A stretch of 32,000 bases of DNA from Haloquadratum walsbyi C23 (GCF_000237865.1 NC_017459.1:2220001-2252000); one strand, 5' to 3'; positions 18,197 to 27,416 are shown, counted from the first letter of the stretch. Numbers and translations: made by a program. The notes: generated by a model not told the origin, from the letters alone.

Positions 18197-18451
18197 TTAG
18201 AACACCCCAATCCGTGATGCGATGTCTTGTGCATCATCATCATCAGAGAGACGGACAGTAGCCTTCTTTTTTGCACGCGGTGTTATCTGTGTTTTTGTAT
18301 CAATGATTGTGATTTCGTATCGTGATTCAATTTCATTTTCAATTTCGTCTTTCGTCGCATCAGTATCGACGATAAACTGTAATTTATTATCGAAATCCAT
18401 CTCATCCATTGCTTTCTCGGTGACAAGTGGATACTCAATAAGTGAACTCAT
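18197..18451 (-). CDS. rpl23: 50S ribosomal protein uL23
   Basis: It contains YPLVTEKAMDEMDFDNKLQFIVD. Confidence 0.93.
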   Translation of the reverse strand: MSSLIEYPLVTEKAMDEMDFDNKLQFIVDTDATKDEIENEIESRYEITIIDTKTQITPRAKKKATVRLSDDDDAQDIASRIGVF

Positions 18452-19194
18452 CGATCTGCTACCTCTTTGATTGCACTTTCTGTATACACTGTTAATCGAC
18501 CTGGTTGTGTGCCTGGAGCAAGATCCTCAGCACTTACATTCGCGGCTGTTACAACGTCAGCACCAGCAAGGTTTCGCGCCGCTTTCGATGGCTCATCGCT
18601 TGTAATGAATAAGATCGACTTCGGTCGTCGATACTTTCGACCACGGGTCTTCCCGCGACCGGCACGAATTGATTTGTTTTCATCTGAGCGAACGATATCA
18701 GCATGAACACCGAGTGATTCGAGCACGTCAACAACTTCCTGTGTTTTTATTAATTCCTCGAACTCGTCGGAAACAACCAGCGGAAGTTCGACATCATTCT
18801 CAAATTGATGCCCACGTTCTTCAACCTGGCTTGGGTCAGCCGTCGCCGCAACTGCCGACTGGAACGCAAGCTTTCGTTCTTTCGTATTGACCGACTTACT
18901 CTGATCTTTCTCTGCTTTTGGTGGATGTGCCTTCCGTCCAGAGACTGCTTGTGGAACTCGACGAGCTTGTCCATTCTCACGCGGGACGTGAGCCATACCC
19001 CGTCCACTGCCGAAAGACTCGGCTGGTGTTCGCATCCCTGCATATGGGTCAGCACCATACGGTTGTTTTCGATTTGCCTGTGCAGCAACAACAGCACGCT
19101 CAATCACATCCGGGCGGTACGGTGTTTCAAACACCGCCGGAAGTTCAAGCGTGTCTGCTTTATCGCCATTCAGATTGTGGATTGTTGTCTCCAT
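18448..19194 (-). CDS. rpl4: 50S ribosomal protein uL4
   Basis: It contains GRGMAHVPRENGQARRVPQAVSGRKAHPPK. Confidence 0.95.
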   Translation of the reverse strand: METTIHNLNGDKADTLELPAVFETPYRPDVIERAVVAAQANRKQPYGADPYAGMRTPAESFGSGRGMAHVPRENGQARRVPQAVSGRKAHPPKAEKDQSKSVNTKERKLAFQSAVAATADPSQVEERGHQFENDVELPLVVSDEFEELIKTQEVVDVLESLGVHADIVRSDENKSIRAGRGKTRGRKYRRPKSILFITSDEPSKAARNLAGADVVTAANVSAEDLAPGTQPGRLTVYTESAIKEVADR

Positions 19195-19200
19195 TCGTTA

Positions 19201-20217
19201 TTACCCCTGGTTTGATGCGGTCGACACGTAGCGTACTTCTGGGTCGAGACGCGGTTGGTCACTTGGACGGACGGCAGTTCGAAACCGTAGAAGCCGCTGG
19301 TCCGGTCCTGGTAGTGATCCCTTAATAAGTGCGTATGGACCATCAACTTCTCCATATCCAACGAATCCACCATCGACCGTCGGTTCGTTGCCGTTCCCAA
19401 TCTCAATAAGCCGTTTGTTTAATTCTGTACGCTGATGATATCCTGTCTGTCCCTGTTGTGGAACAGTCGATCGAACACGAGATGGGTTCCATGGACCAAG
19501 ATTCCCAATCCGTCGACGGTATCCCTGGCGTGCATGTTTTCCTTTTCGCTTTTGAACGCCGAAACGTTTGACCGGTCCCTGCGTTCCCTTTCCTTTTGTG
19601 ACACCAGCAGCATCAAGATATTCTCCAGCACGGAAAATATCTGAAATTTCATGTTCGCCACCGTCTGAGATGAGATTAAGCCCAAACTCAACACGGTCAG
19701 TCAGTGTGCCGCCACCAACGCGTGTCTCCATGACATCTGGAGTCTTCTTCGGAATATTTCGCATCCCTGCAGGCAGCGTGTGAGTAATGAGACGAACATC
19801 ATCGATGTCACCCGTCTCTGCGTCGTCGCGGAGAGCGGCTGCATCATCCTCAAATGTGTCTTCATTGGGGAGATCAAGTGTTCGCTCAAGTGACGTGTCA
19901 AACTCACGTCCCCACACTTCTGTCAAGGGTTTGGAACCATACGGCGTATCTTCGTACGCTCGAAGAGCAACAGCGCGCATCGGCGGTGTCTCAACAACGG
20001 TCACCGGTACTGCCTCTTCCATTCCCTCACGGGGGGAGTTGGCTTCGTCGTTGACCATCAACACCTGTGTCATCCCGGCTTTATAACCGGCAAATCCCTG
20101 CACTCCGGGGGCGCCATCATTACTGGCCCATGACCGGATACGCGGGACTTCTGACTCCGCACGCTTGCGTGGGCTGAAACCCATCGAGCCTTTTCGTGGT
20201 CTACTTGGTTGTGGCAT
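19201..20217 (-). CDS. rpl3: 50S ribosomal protein uL3
   Basis: It contains MPQPSRPRKGSMGFSPRKRA ... FAGYKAGMT. Confidence 0.97.
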   Translation of the reverse strand: MPQPSRPRKGSMGFSPRKRAESEVPRIRSWASNDGAPGVQGFAGYKAGMTQVLMVNDEANSPREGMEEAVPVTVVETPPMRAVALRAYEDTPYGSKPLTEVWGREFDTSLERTLDLPNEDTFEDDAAALRDDAETGDIDDVRLITHTLPAGMRNIPKKTPDVMETRVGGGTLTDRVEFGLNLISDGGEHEISDIFRAGEYLDAAGVTKGKGTQGPVKRFGVQKRKGKHARQGYRRRIGNLGPWNPSRVRSTVPQQGQTGYHQRTELNKRLIEIGNGNEPTVDGGFVGYGEVDGPYALIKGSLPGPDQRLLRFRTAVRPSDQPRLDPEVRYVSTASNQG

Positions 20218-20221
20218 GTAA

Positions 20222-21133
20222 TCACTCCGTAATTGTCAATAATGCGAGAGATGCGAACATCGCTTCCTCAGTTCGCACAACCTCGCTTCCTTGTTGCGGA
20301 ATCGTATTGAGCCAGAGGTCAAACCCTGGATCGATATTGGGTTCAACCACTTCGCTGGCAGTATTGTCACCGGTAGTATCAACATTTGTGGGTGAGACCG
20401 TTTTCTCATCCGTTTGTGTTTGGCTATCCGGCGCATTATCATCGCCAAGGATGACTGGAAGCCCACGACCAGGCGCACCAAAAGCGATTGTCGCTCCCGC
20501 GCGATTGACGCGTGCGGCAAGTTCTGGCAATCGCCCTGTGGTTACTGTGTCACCGTGTCTGGACGTCGCAACGGTGATACCTGCAGCAGCGTGCTCAAGT
20601 GCATCCACAAGGTCCAGGCAGGAGACATCAAACCCCGAAAGTGGAGTATCGACGATCCGTGCCCGGACCGGTTCTCGCGAAGAGATCCTGATAGCAACGC
20701 GTGTCCCCTCTCGTACAGATACCGATTCTGGCACATGGAGAGAGACCGGGTGTTGCAATTCACAATTGACCCGAACGCGGTCATCAGGTCCGACCTCGGT
20801 CACGATTCCCTGTGTTAACGACCCTGAATCAGTTGACTCAGAGCCGGTCGTAGATGACACGCGGAGGGGCGGAAGGACACCGACGTACTCAAGTTCGTCG
20901 CGTCGCCCCCATATCTTCTTTCGGAGATGCGGTGGCGTGGCAGCGTATCGAAGCACCGTTTCAACAAACTCGCCTCCAAGTCGTCGCTCGCCTCCCCGGT
21001 CGGGAAAGACAATGAGGTGGTCTACTCGAAATACTGTTGCCGAACGGGCGATGTATCCGAGCTTGCGAGTCGCCTCGCGTTTATCCTCAGCCTCACGAAC
21101 GACAGAAGACGGAATAAGTACTGACAGCGTCAT
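20222..21133 (-). CDS. SPOUT-superfamily putative RNA methyltransferase (COG2106/DUF171 type), first gene of the L3 operon
   Basis: It contains LSVLIPSSVVREAEDKREATRKLGYIARSATVFRVDHLIVF. It lies 4 nt upstream of L3, the conserved archaeal arrangement. Confidence 0.8.
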   Translation of the reverse strand: MTLSVLIPSSVVREAEDKREATRKLGYIARSATVFRVDHLIVFPDRGGERRLGGEFVETVLRYAATPPHLRKKIWGRRDELEYVGVLPPLRVSSTTGSESTDSGSLTQGIVTEVGPDDRVRVNCELQHPVSLHVPESVSVREGTRVAIRISSREPVRARIVDTPLSGFDVSCLDLVDALEHAAAGITVATSRHGDTVTTGRLPELAARVNRAGATIAFGAPGRGLPVILGDDNAPDSQTQTDEKTVSPTNVDTTGDNTASEVVEPNIDPGFDLWLNTIPQQGSEVVRTEEAMFASLALLTITE

Positions 21134-21399
21134 TCCGGTCCCTTCAGCGTCACATCTAGACTGTATTTCTGATATTGGAGCCCTCGGTAAAAGGCTAGCG
21201 AAAGCTTACGAGCAGTGTGAGTCTGTCTCATTCGGTAGTTGCAAATGCTGTTGGTATGCTCTTATACTACCCAGTTCTGTCCGGTAATTCTTGATATTCT
21301 CCCCACCCTGAAGATAGCGTTTCACCCTTGCATCTTTCATAAATCCGCAAACGTTATGTATGAATCTCTCATTCTGACGAATGGATTGGTCGCAGATGC

Positions 21400-21470
21400 G
21401 CGCTGGTAGTGTAGTGGTATCACGTGACCTTGCCATGGTCACAACCCGGGTTCAAATCCCGGCCAGCGCA
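21400..21470 (+). tRNA. tRNA-Gly (anticodon GCC)
   Basis: I folded it manually. The acceptor stem is GCGCTGG/CCAGCGC and the D arm is GTGT-AGTGGTA-TCAC. The anticodon stem is TGACC/GGTCA with loop TTGCCAT. The T arm is CCGGG-TTCAAAT-CCCGG and the discriminator is A. No CCA is encoded. Confidence 0.93.
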
Positions 21471-21478
21471 TCTCTGTG

Positions 21479-21487
21479 TTTTTATTT
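21479..21487 (+). terminator. Oligo-T tract downstream of tRNA-Gly
   Basis: TTTTTATTT starts 9 nt after the tRNA 3' end. Archaeal terminators are typically oligo-T. Confidence 0.4.
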
Positions 21488-21826
21488 GATGACATGGTGA
21501 CAATAATAACTTGTCTATAATTTTTAGACTCACACTGCACACACTGAAACTGATTCACTCAGACAAATCATGTCAATGGTGAGCGAGTAGTGGGAGCAGT
21601 AACAGGTGACTATCAGTTATTTTGCCATGGTGAACTACCCCTGCCTACCCAGTGGTTGATGCTGCTTCTTGTTTCTAGGACGATACTCGCAGACATCTAA
21701 ACGGAAAGCAGCACAAGTTCCCTGCGCCACAGTGCACGGGGTATTTTATATAGTATCATTTCGAGGCTTGAAGCTGTCGCGTTCTGAGTATATAAAAACG
21801 GCGTGAGCCGTTAGTGACGGCCCGTA

Positions 21827-23068
21827 ATGTCTGTGCAATTTGATTCAGCAAACAGGCCGTCAGAAGACGTAACGGACGCCTCTAATATCAATTCTACTGA
21901 TCTCGTCGCTGACGAACTGTACTCGCTGCTCGACGAAGTCGACAGCGAGTCGATTGCCGATGAGTTCAAGATTGGGCTCCATTCCGACAAACACGACTTT
22001 ACAAACCACGTCAAAACGGCTGTTCGTGAGGGTCTTGACCCCTCCAGCTCACTCGCTGAACTTGAGGATAAGACCATTGTCGACGACTCACTCGAACACA
22101 TGCCTAAATCACGGTTTTCAGAACTCACGAACGACCGCGACTACTGCGCGGTCGTTCAGCTCCTCTTCGAAGTACTGCACACACCACAGTTGTATCATCA
22201 ACGTGGAGTTCAACGAAAACGACTGGAGTGGATGACACGAGATGTCGTCGCTGTTGATGCCACAAACCTCGAACTTACGCGCTCTGTTGTCGTCTCAGAC
22301 GAGTTCGTTGGAGACGACGACAAGGTCTACAAGATCGACACAGACGATGGTGGTCTCGAACTTCACTGCGCAGCACGTGTGGATGGAGAAAATAAACATC
22401 CACTCGACGCTACTGTTACAGAGGGCGACACCCACGAAAGCCCGCAGTTCGATCTCCTCAAGGAAGATGTCGAGGTCTTTGCAGACCTCGACTCGGTAAT
22501 CTGGGTCTTTGACCGCGCATACACGCGATATCTACGGTTCTGTGAGATCAAGCATAGTGGCAATGATTTTGTCACACTGATGCACTCAGACGCTCGATTT
22601 GAACTCATTGAGACACTCGAAGAGTTCGAGGTCACCGTCTCAGGGAACAACGCCGCTCAGCCGACTCACTCAGATGAGGAATCAACGCGACGGGTTCGTG
22701 ATGAACGAATTGAGTTAGCCGAGACTGGCGAAGAGTTCCGCAGGATTGTGCTGGAAACACCCGATGGAGAAGAGATTGAGTACCTGACGACGCTGGCGTC
22801 GTCAGAGTACGATCCAATCGACGTGATCAACATCTACACACTACGGACAGTAATTGAGATCCTCTTCCGAGAGTGGAAACAGTACCTCAACATCGAGAAC
22901 TTTCACTCGAAATCGCTGAACGGCGTGTTATTCGAGCTGTTCTGTGCATTGATTGGATATATGCTGGTCGTATGGTTTCGCCAACGCCACCCAGTCAAGG
23001 GTGGCGTGGCGCGTGCTATCCAGAAAGTTCGAACCTTCTGGAATGAGACGCTAGATTCATTCGGCTAA
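21827..23068 (+). CDS. IS4-family DDE transposase (413 aa)
   Basis: The candidate catalytic residues are in VAVDATNLEL and VFDRAY. The Y-(2)-R-(3)-E-(6)-K signature is in YTLRTVIEILFREWK. Confidence 0.9.
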   Translation: MSVQFDSANRPSEDVTDASNINSTDLVADELYSLLDEVDSESIADEFKIGLHSDKHDFTNHVKTAVREGLDPSSSLAELEDKTIVDDSLEHMPKSRFSELTNDRDYCAVVQLLFEVLHTPQLYHQRGVQRKRLEWMTRDVVAVDATNLELTRSVVVSDEFVGDDDKVYKIDTDDGGLELHCAARVDGENKHPLDATVTEGDTHESPQFDLLKEDVEVFADLDSVIWVFDRAYTRYLRFCEIKHSGNDFVTLMHSDARFELIETLEEFEVTVSGNNAAQPTHSDEESTRRVRDERIELAETGEEFRRIVLETPDGEEIEYLTTLASSEYDPIDVINIYTLRTVIEILFREWKQYLNIENFHSKSLNGVLFELFCALIGYMLVVWFRQRHPVKGGVARAIQKVRTFWNETLDSFG

Positions 23069-23084
23069 TCAATCTTCACTTCCC

Positions 23085-23120
23085 GGCGACAGCCGTCACC
23101 CACCAGCGACGGCTGTCGCC
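23085..23120. repeat. Perfect 13-bp inverted repeat (hairpin) inside the IS, 17 nt after the transposase stop
   Basis: It reads GGCGACAGCCGTC - 10 nt - GACGGCTGTCGCC. Its arm GCTGTCGC echoes the terminal IR CTGTCGCG. Confidence 0.8.
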
Positions 23121-23329
23121 TGTGCCGCGATCATTGATCATTTCTTTCCCTGAACTGCTACTTCTCTTGGCTCAACACGGATTTCACCGACAACTGTTCG
23201 ATGAGTGAACTCCCATACGATTCTTACCCAGCAGTTCGTTAGGAGAGAATTTCGCCGGGCTTTATGAACTTAGAACGCGACAGGCTTGAAGTCGAAACTG
23301 TCCTGACTGTTGGTCCCTGAGTAGTGTGT

Positions 23330-24076
23330 ATGGGTGATCGTAACCATCGACATGACGCGATTATTGCACTTTCACAGAATGAATATCGTGATGCTGGTGA
23401 TGCATATACGCTTGCTAGCTACGGACGATTATCAGGGTTGAGCAACCGTGGGCGTGAGTTGTTTGACTCTGACGATGCTCCATGGGCTGGATACGCACTT
23501 GAGTCGTTTTTCCTCGCTGCTATCTGCTATCGTTTGAGTGATGGGAAGCCACGAGCTCGTAATCGCGTTGGACAAGGAATCTTGATTGCGAGTGATCTTC
23601 GCGATAACATTCTTGAATCACCTGTCCTTGCGGCTGCATGTGATGAATGGATTGGAACGTTTCGAGCAATCGCCGGTGATGATGATCGAGCAGCAGCAGC
23701 ATATGATCGAGCAATAAAAGGATATAAAAATGCAGATCCTGATGATCCTGTCAGTACAACAACTGAACCACTCTTACAGGCGGCTGAAAGTGGAGTGAGA
23801 CAACTAACACGTCCGAACGATGAGAATGTTAAATGGGACAATATCCATGGGTCAGCGCCAGAGCAAGCACTCTCTCATCGAGTTCAGTTTTTCCGATCCC
23901 GTGTCCCAACAGCGATTCAATCACGTATCGAAGAGCAAACCCTCCATGCACCTCGAGGGTCAACAGAGTATGGGAATGATGAATTCCACTGTCCAGACTG
24001 TGGGTCGCATGATGTAAATTACGTAGCTGATACTGTGTTGTGCCTTCGATGTGACAGCCCGACTGAGCGTCGATAG
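23330..24076 (+). CDS. Hypothetical protein with a helical N-terminal region and a C-terminal Cys4 zinc ribbon
   Basis: I chose the ATG at 23330 (MGDRNHRHD...); the ORF track starts at the GTG at 23324. The C-terminus is CPDCGSHDVNYVADTVLCLRCD. I recognise no family. Confidence 0.6.
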   Translation: MGDRNHRHDAIIALSQNEYRDAGDAYTLASYGRLSGLSNRGRELFDSDDAPWAGYALESFFLAAICYRLSDGKPRARNRVGQGILIASDLRDNILESPVLAAACDEWIGTFRAIAGDDDRAAAAYDRAIKGYKNADPDDPVSTTTEPLLQAAESGVRQLTRPNDENVKWDNIHGSAPEQALSHRVQFFRSRVPTAIQSRIEEQTLHAPRGSTEYGNDEFHCPDCGSHDVNYVADTVLCLRCDSPTERR

Positions 24077-24152
24077 TGAATATCACAAACCCAGCCATCG
24101 AATCTGTATATAAAACGACGCATAATTAATATCTGAATTGATGTCTGCGGTA

Positions 24153-24710
24153 TCAAGATGTGGGTCGCCATGGACTTCCGATTTCGTTGCGCTGATAATC
24201 GTTGAATTGCCCATTCTTGAAGATGCTCACACGGCCATTTTCCTCGCTCACAGTCACCGCAAATAAGACACCAGTACGGGTTGATACCTCAACAGCGCTA
24301 AGATGTTTTGTCCCCATCCAATCTGCATATGCAATCTCATCACGACGCTCGACTTCTGCAGCACTTGGGCTTCGGATGCGAACCATCTGCTCTTGAATTG
24401 TCCCATCAGCGGTGATGACAATCGCACCGTCGCGCTTAAAAGCAACATTACGAGCGGCTGTGACGAATGACTCAATCGAGTTCGTTGCCACTCGACACGT
24501 CTCAACCGGCCAGACATTCGCTCCAAGTGGGTCAGCGTACGCCCCAAAATTAACATCAGCAAGGACGATGAAATAAAGACTTGGACCGCTAACATATTGT
24601 TCATCCCATCGGTCAAAAGAGAGGCTTAAACTCTCAGCAACAGCCATCACTCGATGCCGAATCTCATCAACAGTCGCGTGCGTCGCCTGTAGTGGATCAT
24701 CGCTTGACAT
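24153..24710 (-). CDS. Stand-alone DisA_N / diadenylate-cyclase-fold protein, paralog B (185 aa)
   Basis: It contains GPSLYFIVLAD, RDGAIVITADGTIQEQMVRIR and WMGTKHLSAVEVSTRTGVLFAVTVSEENGRVSIFKNGQF. The DGA motif is present. The canonical RHR position reads KHL. Confidence 0.75.
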   Translation of the reverse strand: MSSDDPLQATHATVDEIRHRVMAVAESLSLSFDRWDEQYVSGPSLYFIVLADVNFGAYADPLGANVWPVETCRVATNSIESFVTAARNVAFKRDGAIVITADGTIQEQMVRIRSPSAAEVERRDEIAYADWMGTKHLSAVEVSTRTGVLFAVTVSEENGRVSIFKNGQFNDYQRNEIGSPWRPTS

Positions 24711-24713
24711 ATG

Positions 24714-25241
24714 TTATTTCACTCGCCATCGCCCGCCAAGTTCTTCTCGTTTGTAGTCTTTGAATTCACCGTCTTTAAACACACTCACCCGGCCATTCTC
24801 CTCGCTAAGAGTGACAGCAGCAAGAATCGCATCAAGTGAAGATACCTCGAGTGCGCTGAGATGTTTGGCGCTCATCCAATCGGGATACTCAATGTCCCCG
24901 ATGTCAAGTCCATCTGCAGGACGGATTCTGACCATTCGCTCCTGAAATGTTCCATCGGTGGTGACAATGACTGCTCCATCGCAATCAAATGCGATCTCCT
25001 CAGCGGCTGCAATAACAGGATCAAGATCGCGACTCACAACATGAGCTGTGTCGATTGGCCATCGATTTACTCCAAGCGGATCAGCATACCCGCCAAAACG
25101 AGCACCGGCTGCAACGACGAAGTATAAACTTGGTCCGCGGACGTACTGACTGTCCCAGTTATCAAATCGTCGGCTAACATCTTCAACAACGTATGTAAGT
25201 AGATCAATCAGTTCATCTGTCGTCGCAAATGATGCTTTCAC
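24714..25241 (-). CDS. Stand-alone DisA_N / diadenylate-cyclase-fold protein, paralog A (175 aa)
   Basis: It contains GPSLYFVVAAG, CDGAVIVTTDGTFQERMVRIR and WMSAKHLSALEVSSLDAILAAVTLSEENGRVSVFKDGEF. It has a GTG start with GGAGG 11 nt upstream. By eye it is about 50% identical to paralog B, and a 3-nt gap separates the two genes. Confidence 0.75.
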   Translation of the reverse strand: MKASFATTDELIDLLTYVVEDVSRRFDNWDSQYVRGPSLYFVVAAGARFGGYADPLGVNRWPIDTAHVVSRDLDPVIAAAEEIAFDCDGAVIVTTDGTFQERMVRIRPADGLDIGDIEYPDWMSAKHLSALEVSSLDAILAAVTLSEENGRVSVFKDGEFKDYKREELGGRWRVK

Positions 25242-25723
25242 TTATTCGAACTCCTCCATATACTAACCTGTACGGTACAATCATATCTTTGTTCATTATT
25301 AACATCCTCCTGGCGCTGAAGCGCGAGGATTCCTTCGTGGGGCGTCGGACCGTCTGCATCAGCGGGAAGCGATTCTGAATCTTCCGATTGAAGATTCACA
25401 CGAGTTGTCTTATGACATAACATAACGACGGGTTTCTTGATAATGTCGGTTGTTGAAGAGTTTGTTGGATTCATCGCCGCGCTGACATACGAGGCTTTAT
25501 TTTCAGTTTTACGTAAGTATTCAGACAAAGGATATATCGGTATATCTAATGAAAATGAGATGACATTGCCGACGTATAGATAATATCAAAAGAGGGAATT
25601 AAGAAAATCATATGTGTAATCAAACTGTATCTTCAATCTTGAGCACGTAGTGATATCCCTGAGATCAATTACAGGATATACATTCAATATCGTTTCTGTA
25701 GTCCTGTATGTGTTCAGCGAGGG

Positions 25724-26935
25724 CTATAGCGACGCTTCGTCTCGTACGGCTGACCGATCAATATCATCAACATCATCAATTCCTGCCAGTCCCATTGTAA
25801 GATCGATTTGTGAAAGTGTGTTTTCAAGCACTTGCTCAACGCCTTCCTGTCCGGAATGTGCAAGTCCATATGCAAATGGGCGTCCGAGTAGAACCGTATC
25901 AGCTCCAAGAGCGAGAGCCTTGAATGCCTGAGCACCTCGTCTGATTCCAGAGTCAAACAGAACCGTTGTTTCGTCACCGACAGCCTCAGCAATCTCAGGA
26001 AGTGCCTCTATTGCGGCGATTGATCCATCAACTTGTCGACCACCATGAGTCGATACCTGCACAGCATCAGCGCCTGCCTCAACAGCACGGCGAGCATCAT
26101 CAGGGTGGAGGACACCTTTGATGATGATTGGGAGGTCAGTCTGTTCACGAACAAATGCGAGGTCATCCCAAGTAAGTGATGCATCTCCAAAGATTGAGAG
26201 GAAACGGTCAACAGCTGCCTCAGGATCTTCCTCTGGAGGACGAGCCAGTGAATCACGAAATGCTGGATCCGAGAAGTAATTTCCAATCCCTTCTCCCTCT
26301 AAAAATGGATAGTATCCTTTCTCAAGAAGACGATCTCGCCAGCCAAGCGTTGGTGCGTCGACTGTAACAACGATTGCATCATATCCTGCTGTTTCTGCTC
26401 GGTCGAGGAATGACGTTGCAACATCACGGTCGGATGCCCAATAATACTGGAACCACTTTGGTGTGTCACCAAGTGCCTCAGCGACATCCTCCATTGTCGC
26501 AGAGGAGAGTGATGAAAGCACAAACGGGACGTCCATCTCTGCACAGGCACGCGCTGTTGCGATTTCACCATCATCATGTAGCAGACTTTGGACGCCAAGT
26601 GGAGTAATCATCAGTGGATATGAATGCTCATTACCGAGCACGGTCGTCGAGAGGTCGCGGTCAGCAACACCTCGAAGCATTCGCGGAATAATCCGCCACC
26701 GCGAGAAGTCTTTATTCCGTTCAAATGTCTCCTCTGTTCCAGCCCCACCGTGAACGTATGCCTTTGCCTTCCATGACATCTCTTCAAATGCTTCTTCACG
26801 AAGGTCGCTGAAAGAAACGGGGAAATCTGGTGTCTTATCCTCAAACATTCCCTCACGATAAACGCGACGAATATGCTTGACTCCAAACTGCTCACCATGG
26901 ACGTCCGCAGAATCCTGTTTACTCACAATTAACAA
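25724..26935 (-). CDS. FMN-dependent alpha-hydroxy-acid oxidising enzyme (lactate oxidase / lactate 2-monooxygenase-like)
   Basis: The FMN_dh hallmarks are PLMITPLGVQ, WFQYYW, IVVTVDAPTLGWR, PIIIKGVLHPDDARRAVEAGADAVQVSTHGGRQ, FDSGIRRG and LGRPFAYGL. The start is TTG at 26935 or GTG at 26926. Confidence 0.88.
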   Translation of the reverse strand: MLIVSKQDSADVHGEQFGVKHIRRVYREGMFEDKTPDFPVSFSDLREEAFEEMSWKAKAYVHGGAGTEETFERNKDFSRWRIIPRMLRGVADRDLSTTVLGNEHSYPLMITPLGVQSLLHDDGEIATARACAEMDVPFVLSSLSSATMEDVAEALGDTPKWFQYYWASDRDVATSFLDRAETAGYDAIVVTVDAPTLGWRDRLLEKGYYPFLEGEGIGNYFSDPAFRDSLARPPEEDPEAAVDRFLSIFGDASLTWDDLAFVREQTDLPIIIKGVLHPDDARRAVEAGADAVQVSTHGGRQVDGSIAAIEALPEIAEAVGDETTVLFDSGIRRGAQAFKALALGADTVLLGRPFAYGLAHSGQEGVEQVLENTLSQIDLTMGLAGIDDVDDIDRSAVRDEASL

Positions 26936-27197
26936 TGTACATTTGAAGCATTATGAGACTAACCATACGGGCAGTATTGTGTGTGGATTCATGATAGACT
27001 ATGTTACATAATTGTGTATATGATATTTGAATGCAAATACAAATGCGTTTATCCCGTCTAGAGAGTCAGATGAGTCCGTGACTTCTTAATTTTCTTACCA
27101 TCACTTGACTCACACAAGAGTCAATCGGAACAATTTAACTGTAGATGCATATGCGACGATTTTCCCATTTGAGAATGTCCTCCGTCAGAAGTAATAG

Positions 27198-27251
27198 TCA
27201 GCACGATTTCGTTCGGTTGCCAGGTCAGCCGGAGTGATCTCTGTTTGATTA
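27198..27251. repeat. Duplicated junction module A1 (pairs with B1 at 31646-31699)
   Basis: 45 of 54 nt are identical to B1 in direct orientation. It ends a short frame, ...NSQHDFVRLPGQPE*, that parallels ...NAQHDSVRLLDPLE* in B1. Confidence 0.7.
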
Positions 27252-27416
27252 TATGCTGAGCAGGCGCAATACCACGGCGTTTAGTGATTCAACAAACTTC
27301 TGGGTGAACTGATTCACTCATTCGATGCGAGAGAACTATTCTGACTGATGCATGTCTATTTAAGCACCCAATTCTTCTGTGAACTACTATACGCGGAGGA
27401 GGATGTCAATCACTCC

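Larger units (their letters stand above)
21774..23283 (+). mobile_element. IS4-family insertion sequence (1510 bp) with 16-bp terminal inverted repeats and an 8-bp target-site duplication
   Basis: IRL is CTGTCGCGTTCTGAGT (21774-21789). IRR is ACTTAGAACGCGACAG (23268-23283). They match at 15 of 16 positions. GCTTGAAG directly flanks both ends (21766-21773 and 23284-23291). Confidence 0.85.

Noticed and set aside
20196-21287. A 363-aa ORF on the plus strand, one of the longest in the window.
   Set aside because: It is entirely antisense to the conserved SPOUT-type gene and the L3 start. Its composition is dominated by S/R/T/P and is not acidic. I treat it as a shadow ORF of the real minus-strand gene.
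21206-21442. A 78-aa minus-strand ORF.
   Set aside because: It overlaps the well-folded tRNA-Gly on the opposite strand and the divergent promoter region. It does not look like protein.
27307-27320. A 14-nt match, AACTGATTCACTCA, with 21548-21561.
   Set aside because: The flanks do not align. A 14-mer coincidence is within chance expectation for this window size.
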